IMG/VR virus record: IMGVR_UViG_3300008261_000171 | Span: 1 to 29,208 of that record | From: a virus | Taxonomy: Duplodnaviria > Caudoviricetes | Reading direction: 5' to 3' (one strand) | Length of the DNA: 29,208 nucleotides | In this document: piece by piece, positions 16,101-25,200 of the stretch | Layout of the letters: every line of letters begins with the position of its first letter | Numbering within the stretch: position 1 is the first letter of the stretch | The notes under the pieces: model-generated | The model's database searches: none | What the model saw: the letters and a program-made list of their open reading frames with translations, nothing else | Told to the model about the DNA's origin: nothing | Translations under genes and position numbers: made by a program

Positions 16101-19100
16101 CAACATTCAATATTGTTGTTGTGGATGAGTATGAACCAGATAATGAACTTGTTGGGTTGTATGGATTTTCCTTATAAAACTCTGTTGGTTGATTATATGG
16201 ACCATATTTGTGATTTTGTTTTGCAAGTCTGAATGTAATAGAACGATTTACACCAGTAACGGGCATGAATCCAGTAATAGTTTCACCTTCAATAAAGGTT
16301 CCACTTGTCATTCTAACTTCAAGAAGTTTGGGGACCATAAATGTGGTCATATCCCTATTATCAAAGAATGCATAGAATCTTGTTGATGGTTTTAGTCTTC
16401 TTGCTAAAATTTCAATATTTCTCGATCTCATCAATGTGAGAATTGCTCTAGAAACAACTCTATCACCTAAACTGGTTGTATCGAATCTTTCACTTACACC
16501 AAATTGTATTCCTTGTCTAGTTTGCTCAGTAGTTGTTGTTACTGAATTATTTCTAAACTGAGTTACAGAATCTTGGAAAATATCAGTAGTTGTAATTACA
16601 TCTCCAGAAGTTACAGTAGTTGATGATAATAAAGTTGATGGATTCTGTATTTGAGTTATGACTGGACCTTCAACGGTTGATGTTCCAGTCCAATTCGTTT
16701 CCCAAGCATTCCAATTGATTGGGGATAGACCAGTATTGGTGTCAACACCAAGCATTTGAATTGCAGTATTGTAGTTTCCTTCTACGTCTTGGGTTCTTTC
16801 TGTTCTTCTTGTTTCTATCCAAGTATCAGTAGATGGATTTAGTTCAATAGTACCTATCCAACTAGGTGTGTTAAATGGATTTACATTTTCTGATCTAGTT
16901 GCAAATCTATTTTCAGTGTAAATTACATCTTTATAGTCTAAACATACTATATCACCAATACGTTTTACATTTTTGGACCCAAGATCGTTTGCAAATCTTA
17001 AATCTACATTTGGATTTGATGTTGTTCCAATACCAATAACTGCTTCTGAACCTAAGATTAAATCTACAGAGGTTGTATAGTGCTGTGGTCTCAAAACTCC
17101 CAAAGCAGTATCAATACTTGCTTTGTATGATTGGTTCGCAATATCACCACCATTGTATGACTTGAAGTTGTCTACAAAGAATCCAGATTTGAATTTATCA
17201 AGTCCAGTTTGTGGGTCTCTAATAGAAAGATTCTTTGTGTCAGTTTCTAATAGTGATAGTGAACTGTAATATTCTACGTTTGAAAGTCTATTCTCAAGTC
17301 TTGAGATATCTTTCATTGTATATCTCTTGTGACTAGATAGAGAGACTCTAACATCCTTCATATCATACAAGTATGGAGGATAGTAGAATGTTGCAATTTC
17401 TAGTGCAGAATCTAAGTTATTAGGTGCTTTTGGTGAATTAGATGGAACACCACTATTGATAATAAATGTTCCCTCTTTTGATAAAAATAGTTTGTCGATT
17501 CTTGGCAGATAATAATTATACGAAAGATTTATAGTTTTATCTTTTGTGAAGATGTGATTAGATGCATTTGCATTTAAAGAAAATCTTCTAGAAGAGTATT
17601 CAAATGGAGACTTGGTGGCAGTTGAAACATCAAATTGTGAAACTCTTGGTCTCAAATCAATAATGTCGGTGTTTCTGTAACCATCAATAATTGGTACATC
17701 TTTACTGTACCTATCTTTATCGAATGAGTCTGCTGAAACAAAATCTCCAGGATCTGAAGAATTAATAGTATAGTTATTGAATATAACTTTTATCTTTTTA
17801 GTTGGTGATGAAACTTCTTTTTTTCTAATAATTCTCGAATAATCATAGTACTCTGGTCTCTGTCCATTATCAAGGATATAATTATCTTTGATATTTTTAT
17901 CACCAACAGAAACTGCATTAATAGAACCAGAAATATTAGTTTCTGAAGATGTTACTCTTTCTCCTAAAGCAAATCTATTTTCATTTAGGTAAACAATTTC
18001 AATACTGTTTACACCATCATTTCCAACGTATGCAGCAACAGCACCACTGGTGCTTCCAATAATTCTTTCACCTTTAATAAAGTTGTTTAGACTTGAATTC
18101 AAAGAAGTGAAATAAATTCTAGGCAATGAGGGTTCAGATGTTGTTGATGATTCATAAATTCCCAAAATACTAATAACATCTGGAACATTTAAAGATATTG
18201 TTTTGTCCTGAACTCTCAATCCATATGGTTTTCTATAGGTAAGACCATCATCTAATGTTGTCTTACCTATTCCAGATGAAATTAAAGAAGAACCATCTAT
18301 AACTAGACTTGAACATCTGTTAAAGAGTTTTTTCTTTAATTTTGTATTTACTTTTTTGTAAGTTACTGTTAATATTGCTTGCCCATTTGAACTCAAATTA
18401 ATTAAACTTACTGTTCTTCCAGAAACATAGACTTTTTGATTGTCTAATGCCTCTATCTGACCATTTGAAACATATGAAAGACTATAATCTTCTTCATCAA
18501 ATGGTTCTAAAGTTAGATTTACATCTGTTTCTAGATTTCCATTAAATGAATTATTGACTACTGATATAATGTATGATTTTCTAATAGAAATATCTGATGA
18601 ACTTAAATCTAAATTCGAAATATTATTATTTCCCAATTTAGCATATAAAAATGCACTAGATGTATTCAAAACATCTAAAGTTACTTTCTTAAAATCATTA
18701 GCAGTAATTGTGCTGGATGGTAGGGTTCCATCAGAAACACCAGGAACAGAATTAGTTGGCAATAGTACTAATTTCTTTTCTGATGTATTGATACTTACAA
18801 CTTCATTGTACGTAGGGACAGTATTTCCTTGTTTTGTATATGAAACAATATCACCTGTCTTAATGCCAACATAAAAATTATTAGTTGATGTAGTTACTGT
18901 GCTGATTCCAGATGCACCATCAGTAATAGTATATTGTACACCAAGTTCTGTCAGAGATATTTTTTTGTTTAAGATTGGATCAGCAGTAAATGTTCCGATT
19001 CCAGCAGTGGTATTGATTCCTACAATCTGGTGAACATCAGTTAAATTGTAGTCTCTAACTCTTGTTATAACTCTTCCATCTTCTATACCATCAATAATCA

Positions 19101-20661
19101 ATCCTTCATCTATTTTAAATGAACCAGAAACTTGGTATAGTTTAACTATATTTGAATTGATTACATCAGAAACAACATATCCACTAGAAGAGCTGTTTTT
19201 TCCTTCAATAAATGTGGATGAACTTAAGGTTATTGAAGCACTCAACTCGATGACTGTATATGTTTGAATATCATAAAGTGAACAATCAAATTCGGTCAAA
19301 GTATTCGCATACCCTGCATTTCTTAACTTTAAATCATAAACTCTTGCAACACCAATTTTTTCTCCAGAAGGTACTCCAGGTGTTTGAGTTCTTCCAGTAT
19401 ACAAAGATATTTGTGAAGTAGATCCAAAACCAACAGGAAGAGAACCAAAAACATTATTTACTAAAATCTGTCTTCCAACACTAAAAGGAATAGATTGATT
19501 GACAACTTTTTCAGTAGTTCTTGGTTTTTGGAAATCTACAATAGTTGTATCAATAGTTTCAATATCATAACCCCTTACAACTGCTTTTCCAGGAGAGACT
19601 AAAATAGAACCCAAAGAATCACTTGGAATATTTCCTTGTTTTGTTTGTTGGTTTTCTACAAACAATCCATTATTTCCAATTTGGTCATTTAGTGATTCTT
19701 TTAATGAAATATTAAATGGTCTTACATAATAATCTCCTGATTCATCATAAGTTCTCCTTGCCAATTCATCTTTAATTAGATCATAATTTGTTGTTTTTAC
19801 AAATTTTTGTAGAATGCCTCTATCTACACGCAACAACTCTACAAAATTTTCATCATTAAAATCTGTAATTTCTTTCTTGATTAAAGTTACATCAAATTTT
19901 AATCTATCTGCTCCAGGGGCAGAAAAGTTCGAAAACCCTTGAGCATTATCAAATAGGTCATTATAAGAGTTTGATGCAACTGCTAATTCTTCATTAATTA
20001 GCAAACCAACTCTATAGGATGGTGAATTTGAATATTGATCTAATATTACTGTCTGTGGTTGTACACTTACAAAAAAACCACGAATAAAATAAACACCAGA
20101 TGCTATCTTTGCTGCTGAACCAATTGCAGTTGAATTTGAAATAATGGAAGTCGCAAAAGATGAACCACCTCTAATAGCAGAAATTCCATAAGTAATATCA
20201 TTAACCGCTAATAAATTTTCACCATCAACAAAAGTATTTGTTGAGAAGTTTGTGTCACTAGAACTTTGGTATTTGATGTATAGTGTATAATTTTTTCTAT
20301 CTGAAGTTGCATTTGAAATATAATTTTCTACCTTTGCTGTTACTCCACTTGTTTCCCCTTTGATTAACTTTCCAACTAAGTTATCAATGTATAGAGATAC
20401 TGGTATTCCTAAATGAGTTTCATCAATTTGAACACATGTATAATTTGAGTCATATGAAATTTGACCAGGAATAACCATTGCACCTTCTTTGAAGAAGTGC
20501 TGACCAAATTTCTCAATTTGATTTTGGAGAATTGTTTGTAGAGTTGTTAATTCTCTTGCTTGTATTGGAGTTGCTGGTTTAAATAAAACCCTTTGATAAT
20601 TTTTAGTTGAATCAAAATCATCAAAGTATGGAGATACATTTAAATTAGTATTCTGAGGCAT
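13111..20661 (-). CDS. VrlC-like / DUF4815 large virion structural protein (2516 aa)
   Basis: N-terminus MPQNTNLNVSPYFDDFD...RVLFKP..PIQARELTTLQTILQNQIEKFG, plus APGADRLK, LARRTYDESGDY, FKSGFFVDNF, ENVNPF, DPLAQTF, GSLFKSQNGATW...EDLKF and C-terminal PKIKDLRAIAV. Lies directly after gp8, as in cyanomyoviruses. Confidence 0.88.
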   Translation of the reverse strand: MPQNTNLNVSPYFDDFDSTKNYQRVLFKPATPIQARELTTLQTILQNQIEKFGQHFFKEGAMVIPGQISYDSNYTCVQIDETHLGIPVSLYIDNLVGKLIKGETSGVTAKVENYISNATSDRKNYTLYIKYQSSSDTNFSTNTFVDGENLLAVNDITYGISAIRGGSSFATSIISNSTAIGSAAKIASGVYFIRGFFVSVQPQTVILDQYSNSPSYRVGLLINEELAVASNSYNDLFDNAQGFSNFSAPGADRLKFDVTLIKKEITDFNDENFVELLRVDRGILQKFVKTTNYDLIKDELARRTYDESGDYYVRPFNISLKESLNDQIGNNGLFVENQQTKQGNIPSDSLGSILVSPGKAVVRGYDIETIDTTIVDFQKPRTTEKVVNQSIPFSVGRQILVNNVFGSLPVGFGSTSQISLYTGRTQTPGVPSGEKIGVARVYDLKLRNAGYANTLTEFDCSLYDIQTYTVIELSASITLSSSTFIEGKNSSSSGYVVSDVINSNIVKLYQVSGSFKIDEGLIIDGIEDGRVITRVRDYNLTDVHQIVGINTTAGIGTFTADPILNKKISLTELGVQYTITDGASGISTVTTSTNNFYVGIKTGDIVSYTKQGNTVPTYNEVVSINTSEKKLVLLPTNSVPGVSDGTLPSSTITANDFKKVTLDVLNTSSAFLYAKLGNNNISNLDLSSSDISIRKSYIISVVNNSFNGNLETDVNLTLEPFDEEDYSLSYVSNGQIEALDNQKVYVSGRTVSLINLSSNGQAILTVTYKKVNTKLKKKLFNRCSSLVIDGSSLISSGIGKTTLDDGLTYRKPYGLRVQDKTISLNVPDVISILGIYESSTTSEPSLPRIYFTSLNSSLNNFIKGERIIGSTSGAVAAYVGNDGVNSIEIVYLNENRFALGERVTSSETNISGSINAVSVGDKNIKDNYILDNGQRPEYYDYSRIIRKKEVSSPTKKIKVIFNNYTINSSDPGDFVSADSFDKDRYSKDVPIIDGYRNTDIIDLRPRVSQFDVSTATKSPFEYSSRRFSLNANASNHIFTKDKTINLSYNYYLPRIDKLFLSKEGTFIINSGVPSNSPKAPNNLDSALEIATFYYPPYLYDMKDVRVSLSSHKRYTMKDISRLENRLSNVEYYSSLSLLETDTKNLSIRDPQTGLDKFKSGFFVDNFKSYNGGDIANQSYKASIDTALGVLRPQHYTTSVDLILGSEAVIGIGTTSNPNVDLRFANDLGSKNVKRIGDIVCLDYKDVIYTENRFATRSENVNPFNTPSWIGTIELNPSTDTWIETRRTERTQDVEGNYNTAIQMLGVDTNTGLSPINWNAWETNWTGTSTVEGPVITQIQNPSTLLSSTTVTSGDVITTTDIFQDSVTQFRNNSVTTTTEQTRQGIQFGVSERFDTTSLGDRVVSRAILTLMRSRNIEILARRLKPSTRFYAFFDNRDMTTFMVPKLLEVRMTSGTFIEGETITGFMPVTGVNRSITFRLAKQNHKYGPYNQPTEFYKENPYNPTSSLSGSYSSTTTILNVDTASLENQADSRFFGCVAPSMQLVGSLSNAIATVTDIRLVTDSSGTLIGSLFIPDPTIPSNPTFESGTKTLTLTTSSTNSTVGGSVDSIAEANFTSSGTVDNVESLTLRVRNADIERNIRTDSRTLTETEDRLVANTTLTNRSVVSTRVIQRRWVDPLAQTFEVNENNGVFITKCEIFFKTKDEANIPITLQLRTSYLGLPSQEILPFGEVVLNPDQIQTSEDASVSTTFTFPAPVFLEGGNDYAIVLISNSNSYNVWISRMTEVDVSTINKPEAEKIIVSQQPTLGSLFKSQNGATWEPSQLEDLKFILHRAEFTSTTGSFRFYNPDLGVGNRQITSLRPNPIVAYSKKILVGLSGTLSTYDITNLVPGTTILQSNYPNFSGKLSSIVGAVGINSNLSITNPGIGYTENRVYNNLPLTTISGRGSGAKVNLTIQSGVAVAATVSIGGTGYAIGDTLTIPSSQTGGFGRNLILTIPNSVGIISSFNSLIIDQVQDEINTSNVANEISYVNPSNGISTISNGLVNYSELLTDGLHFKVNHNNHGMYANNNMVTLYGIESDVTPQKLVSDFNQASTGSIQVSSVGIFTSFENIGVSSDNPGYIKVNNEIIKYTGYDSVANTLTGITRGIDIDNPGVFNVTMIPYHFAGSPVFKYEFNGISLRRINRTHSFADVDINKYPITLDSYHIKVKTDEKGKDRKFGPPKLFFNETKTGGTYDLNVGSSGANTISGPKATQNIQFDSLRPNIQSLLPETTSLDAKIRTVTGKSVNGTELPFSAREFESISLNSNNYFDSPRIIASRVNEVANLQSYLGYKSFVMEMTLSTSDTKVSPIIDLDRVNIITTMNRLDKPVTNYVTNPKVNSLYDDPTSAIYVSKIIRLQKGADSLKVYFDAYRDTSNEIIVMYRLLRSDTPDDQQLFELFPGFRNVDLNGNVIDPKNNDGTPDVNVLPSSSESEYRSYEYTAKDLPLFNGFQIKIIMAGTNQSVVPKIKDLRAIAVL

Positions 20662-20667
20662 TTTTCT

Positions 20668-22233
20668 TTAGAACTCCAATACGATTTTAATATCTTCTTT
20701 TTGACTTGCTGATCTTGGAATTGCTTTTCTGTTATCAATATAGATTATATCACCAGATTTTTTATTATATTCTGCTGATGATATTCCAGCAACAAAATTG
20801 CTTCCCAACTGGTACGTCCTACTATTTATTACTGTACTAATACCCGTAAAGTTTCTGTCAATAGACAGTGCTGGACCAATAATGTTTGGGCACTCAATTG
20901 TGTAAGAACCACCCGCAATAGCAGAGGAAGTAAATCCATGAATTTTATATCCAACACCAACTGTAGCAAGACCAACTGGTTGATAATACTTTAAAACACC
21001 CGTTACATTATCCCAAGAGGCAACGAACCCAATAGCAGTCATTCCTGTACCAATAGTTTGCCTAATTACAGAATCAACAGGATATGTTGTTTGAGTTGTT
21101 AGTCCAGAAAGTTTAATTGAATTTAATGCACTTACTTGACCTAGAGTTAATTTTTCAGTATCACTTCCAAAAATCGTTGGATTTTTTATAATTCCAATTC
21201 TAGCAAAATCATTTCCCAAAATAATATCTGGGTTTTGCTCATCTGTTAGATATCTAGAATAAACTAGAACTCTATATGCACCAAGTTCTCTATAGATGTT
21301 ATACCCATGGCCACCTTTTGGTGGAATTATAACATCAAATGAGGCAATTCTTCCATCATTTGACAATTCTGATGGGATTCCAGGGGCACCTGGTTCGAAT
21401 CTGATAATTCCTCTTGTATATCCAGAACCACCATCAGTAACAAAAACTTCAGAAACTTTACCAAACGAATCTACAGTAATTGTAGCTTTTCCTCCAACTC
21501 CATCTCCAAGTATAGGTATATTTGTAAATGACTTTGAAATCGGTTGATAATTTATACCTCTATCTGTAATTGTAACTACTTCTACCTTTCCATTAACTGC
21601 ATTATTTTTTGTTGCAATTGTTTCACCAACTTCACCCCAATTTTCTGGAACTGGAATAAATTCAATTGAATCAAACTTTACGATTTCTGATGGTTTAATT
21701 GTGAATAAGTATTTCCAGATGTATCCATCACCACTAGTTCCTGCTGGTCTTGCTTCTAAGTCAATGAACATTGGTTGATCAAATGATGGTCTTCCATTTG
21801 GGTTTTCTGGGTCAGTACCATTTTGGAGACAAATATAGACTCTAAAATCTTCATTAATTACATAGAAATTTGATTCATATAAACTTGGTTGAGTTGTTAC
21901 TGGAGTTTTTTTATAAATTGAATAATCGTGTCTATACATTTCATAAGTTGTTCCAGAAGTCCATTGGACTTTCCTGATCATTCTTCTCACATCTTCATTT
22001 GTGATTTTCTTCATCGCAATGATGGTTTCTTTAATTTGATTTTCCTCGTCAAAACCATCTAATGGAGTCAATCCTTCACCCCAAATAGCAGATCCACCTG
22101 CTTGTGGATTTAAGCTATTTGGTTGACCAATAAAGGTATAATAATTGTTTGCAGTATTACCAACCGAAACTAAACTTTTTACAAAAGTTTCAGCATTCAT
22201 CACCCTAAATTGTTCAGTTATGATAGCAGGCAT
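20668..22233 (-). CDS. gp8: Baseplate wedge subunit (T4 gp8-like)
   Basis: W.SGTTYEMYRHDYS, FYVINEDFRVYICL.NG, DGYIWKYLFTI, PKGGHG....ELGA, NDFARIGIIKNP and C-terminal SGDIIYIDNR..I.RS.SQKEDIKIVLEF. Start set at the ATG at 22233 (MPAIITEQFR) rather than the TTG at 22242. Confidence 0.9.
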   Translation of the reverse strand: MPAIITEQFRVMNAETFVKSLVSVGNTANNYYTFIGQPNSLNPQAGGSAIWGEGLTPLDGFDEENQIKETIIAMKKITNEDVRRMIRKVQWTSGTTYEMYRHDYSIYKKTPVTTQPSLYESNFYVINEDFRVYICLQNGTDPENPNGRPSFDQPMFIDLEARPAGTSGDGYIWKYLFTIKPSEIVKFDSIEFIPVPENWGEVGETIATKNNAVNGKVEVVTITDRGINYQPISKSFTNIPILGDGVGGKATITVDSFGKVSEVFVTDGGSGYTRGIIRFEPGAPGIPSELSNDGRIASFDVIIPPKGGHGYNIYRELGAYRVLVYSRYLTDEQNPDIILGNDFARIGIIKNPTIFGSDTEKLTLGQVSALNSIKLSGLTTQTTYPVDSVIRQTIGTGMTAIGFVASWDNVTGVLKYYQPVGLATVGVGYKIHGFTSSAIAGGSYTIECPNIIGPALSIDRNFTGISTVINSRTYQLGSNFVAGISSAEYNKKSGDIIYIDNRKAIPRSASQKEDIKIVLEF

Positions 22234-22254
22234 TTTATACAACCGTTTTTTCTT

Positions 22255-22261
22255 TATTTAG
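22255..22261 (-). promoter_or_regulatory. Putative late promoter variant CTAAATA upstream of gp8
   Basis: TAAATA core in the intergenic gap, 21 nt upstream of the ATG at 22233. Confidence 0.5.
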
Positions 22262-22268
22262 TTCTATT

Positions 22269-25200
22269 TTAGACCACGAGTTCTATATACGTCTGGAGCA
22301 TAACTATTCCAGAAACAGATGGAGAAACTGCTCCAACTCGGTAAACACCATCTAGATAAGAAGTGGCAGTTCCGACTTTTGATGCTGGATAATTATTCAT
22401 TCCTCCCATAGATGTGGTTATTCCAGTTAACGCATGTCCAACAGTGGAATCACTATTATAAATTACAAAATAATCATCTACCTCCAATTGGCTACTTGTA
22501 ACTCCAAAGGTATTAAGTGATGAATATCCAATTCCCAAAGTGACATTATCATATTGCTCACTCTTTAATACAAAATCGATGTGAGTTGCACCAACACCAA
22601 CATATGTAATTATACCAAAATCACCTTTTGCTTTAACTGAATAAAGTTTTTCACTGACTGCATCATCTCCCTCAAGGAGAACTGGTGGAGGTGTTGATTG
22701 TGAGTATCCAAATCCAGGATTTACAACTGTGATAGATGACACAGAACCATTGGTAACTGTAGAAACTCCAGTTGCTCTATTGTATACTGGTTCTGCATAC
22801 ATAGTGGTTCCAGAAGTACCTACAAGTAAATATCTACCTTCTTCTGCAATTATTGGTCCAGATGGTCTTATCTCTGGTGGTGGAGGTGCTGGAATAAATG
22901 CAAGGTCTTTAACTATATTGGATTGATTTGTTAATCTTTGGGTCCAATATTGTAAATCTAAGGAGAACAGCAGTTGATTTGTTCCAGTTAAAGCAACATA
23001 TACACCATACTCATATTTGATATTAATTAAATCATCTGAAATATTGGGTACTATTCTTTCCCAACCACCATTACCAGTGGTTGATACAAAAATAGTTGCA
23101 TTTTGTCCAACAGCAACAAATTGGGTGCCAGTCCATATGATTTTTTCAAAATTCCTAGTTGTTGGTAAAGAGTCAATTCTAACCCAAATATTGCCATCAG
23201 TAGAATGAATAATTATTCCCCCATCACCAACCACAACGAATCTTGCATCATTATTTGCAACACCATTTAAATTAGTAAATACTGGTGGATTTTTCTTGAA
23301 GAATGTTGTAGTTCCAATCCCAACTCCAGTAAACAGTCCAACTCCATCTCCAACTGCAACGGCAGTTCTTCTTAACGATGAATAACTAATATCGTTAAAT
23401 GTGTTATAATAACTACTAATATTGATTATTGGGTCTGGGAGTCCCAAAACAACTTGCTCTTCAAGTAGTTTAATTTCTGTCCAAGCAGACAATGAGGTAT
23501 TGATTCCTACTGCAGTAACAATTTTTCCAAACTCACCAACGGCATAATAACGACTTGTTTCTGCAACTGCAACAGAATTAAATGATACGGTTTGACCATA
23601 TCCTATAGATGACTGTGCCCACTCTATTCCATTTGTTGATATCGCAACCACTCCACTTGAACCAACGGAAATAATTGGTTTACCAATCGCAACTTTGTTT
23701 AAAGTATAAGAAGTTGAAATTCCATTATTTGAACCCTCCCAATTATAAATTGGGTCTTTTCTTTGTATAAATGCAGAAGATATGGAAACTATCGGATTTG
23801 TTAAACTGTTATATCCAGTTCCAGCATAAGAAATAGTCAAGTTTGATATTGTTGATGCAGAAGAAACTGTAGCAGTTGAGGTAGCAGGTTCAATATCATC
23901 GACATCTACAATAGTAACATCTCTTAGATTTTCACTGAGTAAATCAACTTCACTAAAAAGTGGGAATGCATTGTTAACATATATTTTTTCATCTTCAGAA
24001 AAAACATTTGCAATTAATTTAGTATTTGGGGTAACTCTCGACTTCAAATCTGGTCTAGATTTGGAATAAAGAACACCATTGATAATTCTATCTACAGTCT
24101 GCTTCATCCATCTTAATGGTCTTTCCTTAGTCGTATCTGTGTTTATACCAATACTATCATAAGTAAATGTATCTAATGAATCTGAAGAGACAATCTTTTT
24201 AACAATTCTTTCAAACTGTGGTCTATCTCCAGGATCTAAAATATTTTCTCCAATTTGTATAATGTCACCTTCTTTGATTGTCTTTGGTGGATCAATTTGC
24301 TCAACATCTAAATCAGAACCTCTATAGAATAATATAGTACACTTTGAATTTTCTTTTGGTGCTTCACTGAAAGTCAATCTTGAACCATTAAATGTATATG
24401 ATTTTACTGGTTCTTGTAGAATATCATTTATAAAGACAAATAAATTATTTTCAATTTGAAGATCTGTGCTTGGATCTGACTTTAAACTTAATACCTCTGT
24501 TGTTCCACCTTGTGATACTGTTAACGTGAATTTTTTCTTCGTTCCAGTAAAGAATTTTGAAATATCATCAAATTGTATAAATTGTCCTGGATAAAATCCA
24601 CTAAACTTATCAGTTAATGTTTCTTCTACAGTAATTCTAAATTCACTAAATCCGATTCCAATTGCTGAGTTTGTTGTTACTCCAACTACTCTCAATATAT
24701 CACCTACTTTATAATATAATCCAGGTTCTTCAATATCAAAACCAATAATGTTTCCTTGATTTCCTACAACTACAGAAGCTTTTGCTCCAGAACCATTTCC
24801 TGTAAATCCAGGAATGTACTCTAGTGGCAAATCACTATAACTTGATGGAATTCCAATAATCACCCTAGGTGGAGGTGATGATGTATATCCAGAACCAGCA
24901 TTTACAATAGAAATTGAAGTAATTGTTCCACCAGTTCCTATAGTTGCAACTAAGGATGCTCCAGAACCAACATTTGATACTACTTCAATTTTTGGTGGAG
25001 TCCTATACCCACTACCAAAACCTCTTATTGTAACTCCTGAAATTGTTCCTCCAGCAGACACTGTTACAGTTGCACCAGCACCAACTAATGGTTGATAACC
25101 ATAACCAGTCGTGATACCAGTTCTTACAATTTTTCCTGCTCCTGGAGTACCAGTTAAGAATTTAATTCTATTTTTTCCTGCATTATCAATTACAAAATCT

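Noticed and set aside
13111-20661. 'Virulence-associated' interpretation of the VrlC-like protein, or an intein within it
   Set aside because: The name is historical and the family is a routine structural gene after gp8 in cyanomyoviruses. No intein splice or LAGLIDADG motifs were seen.
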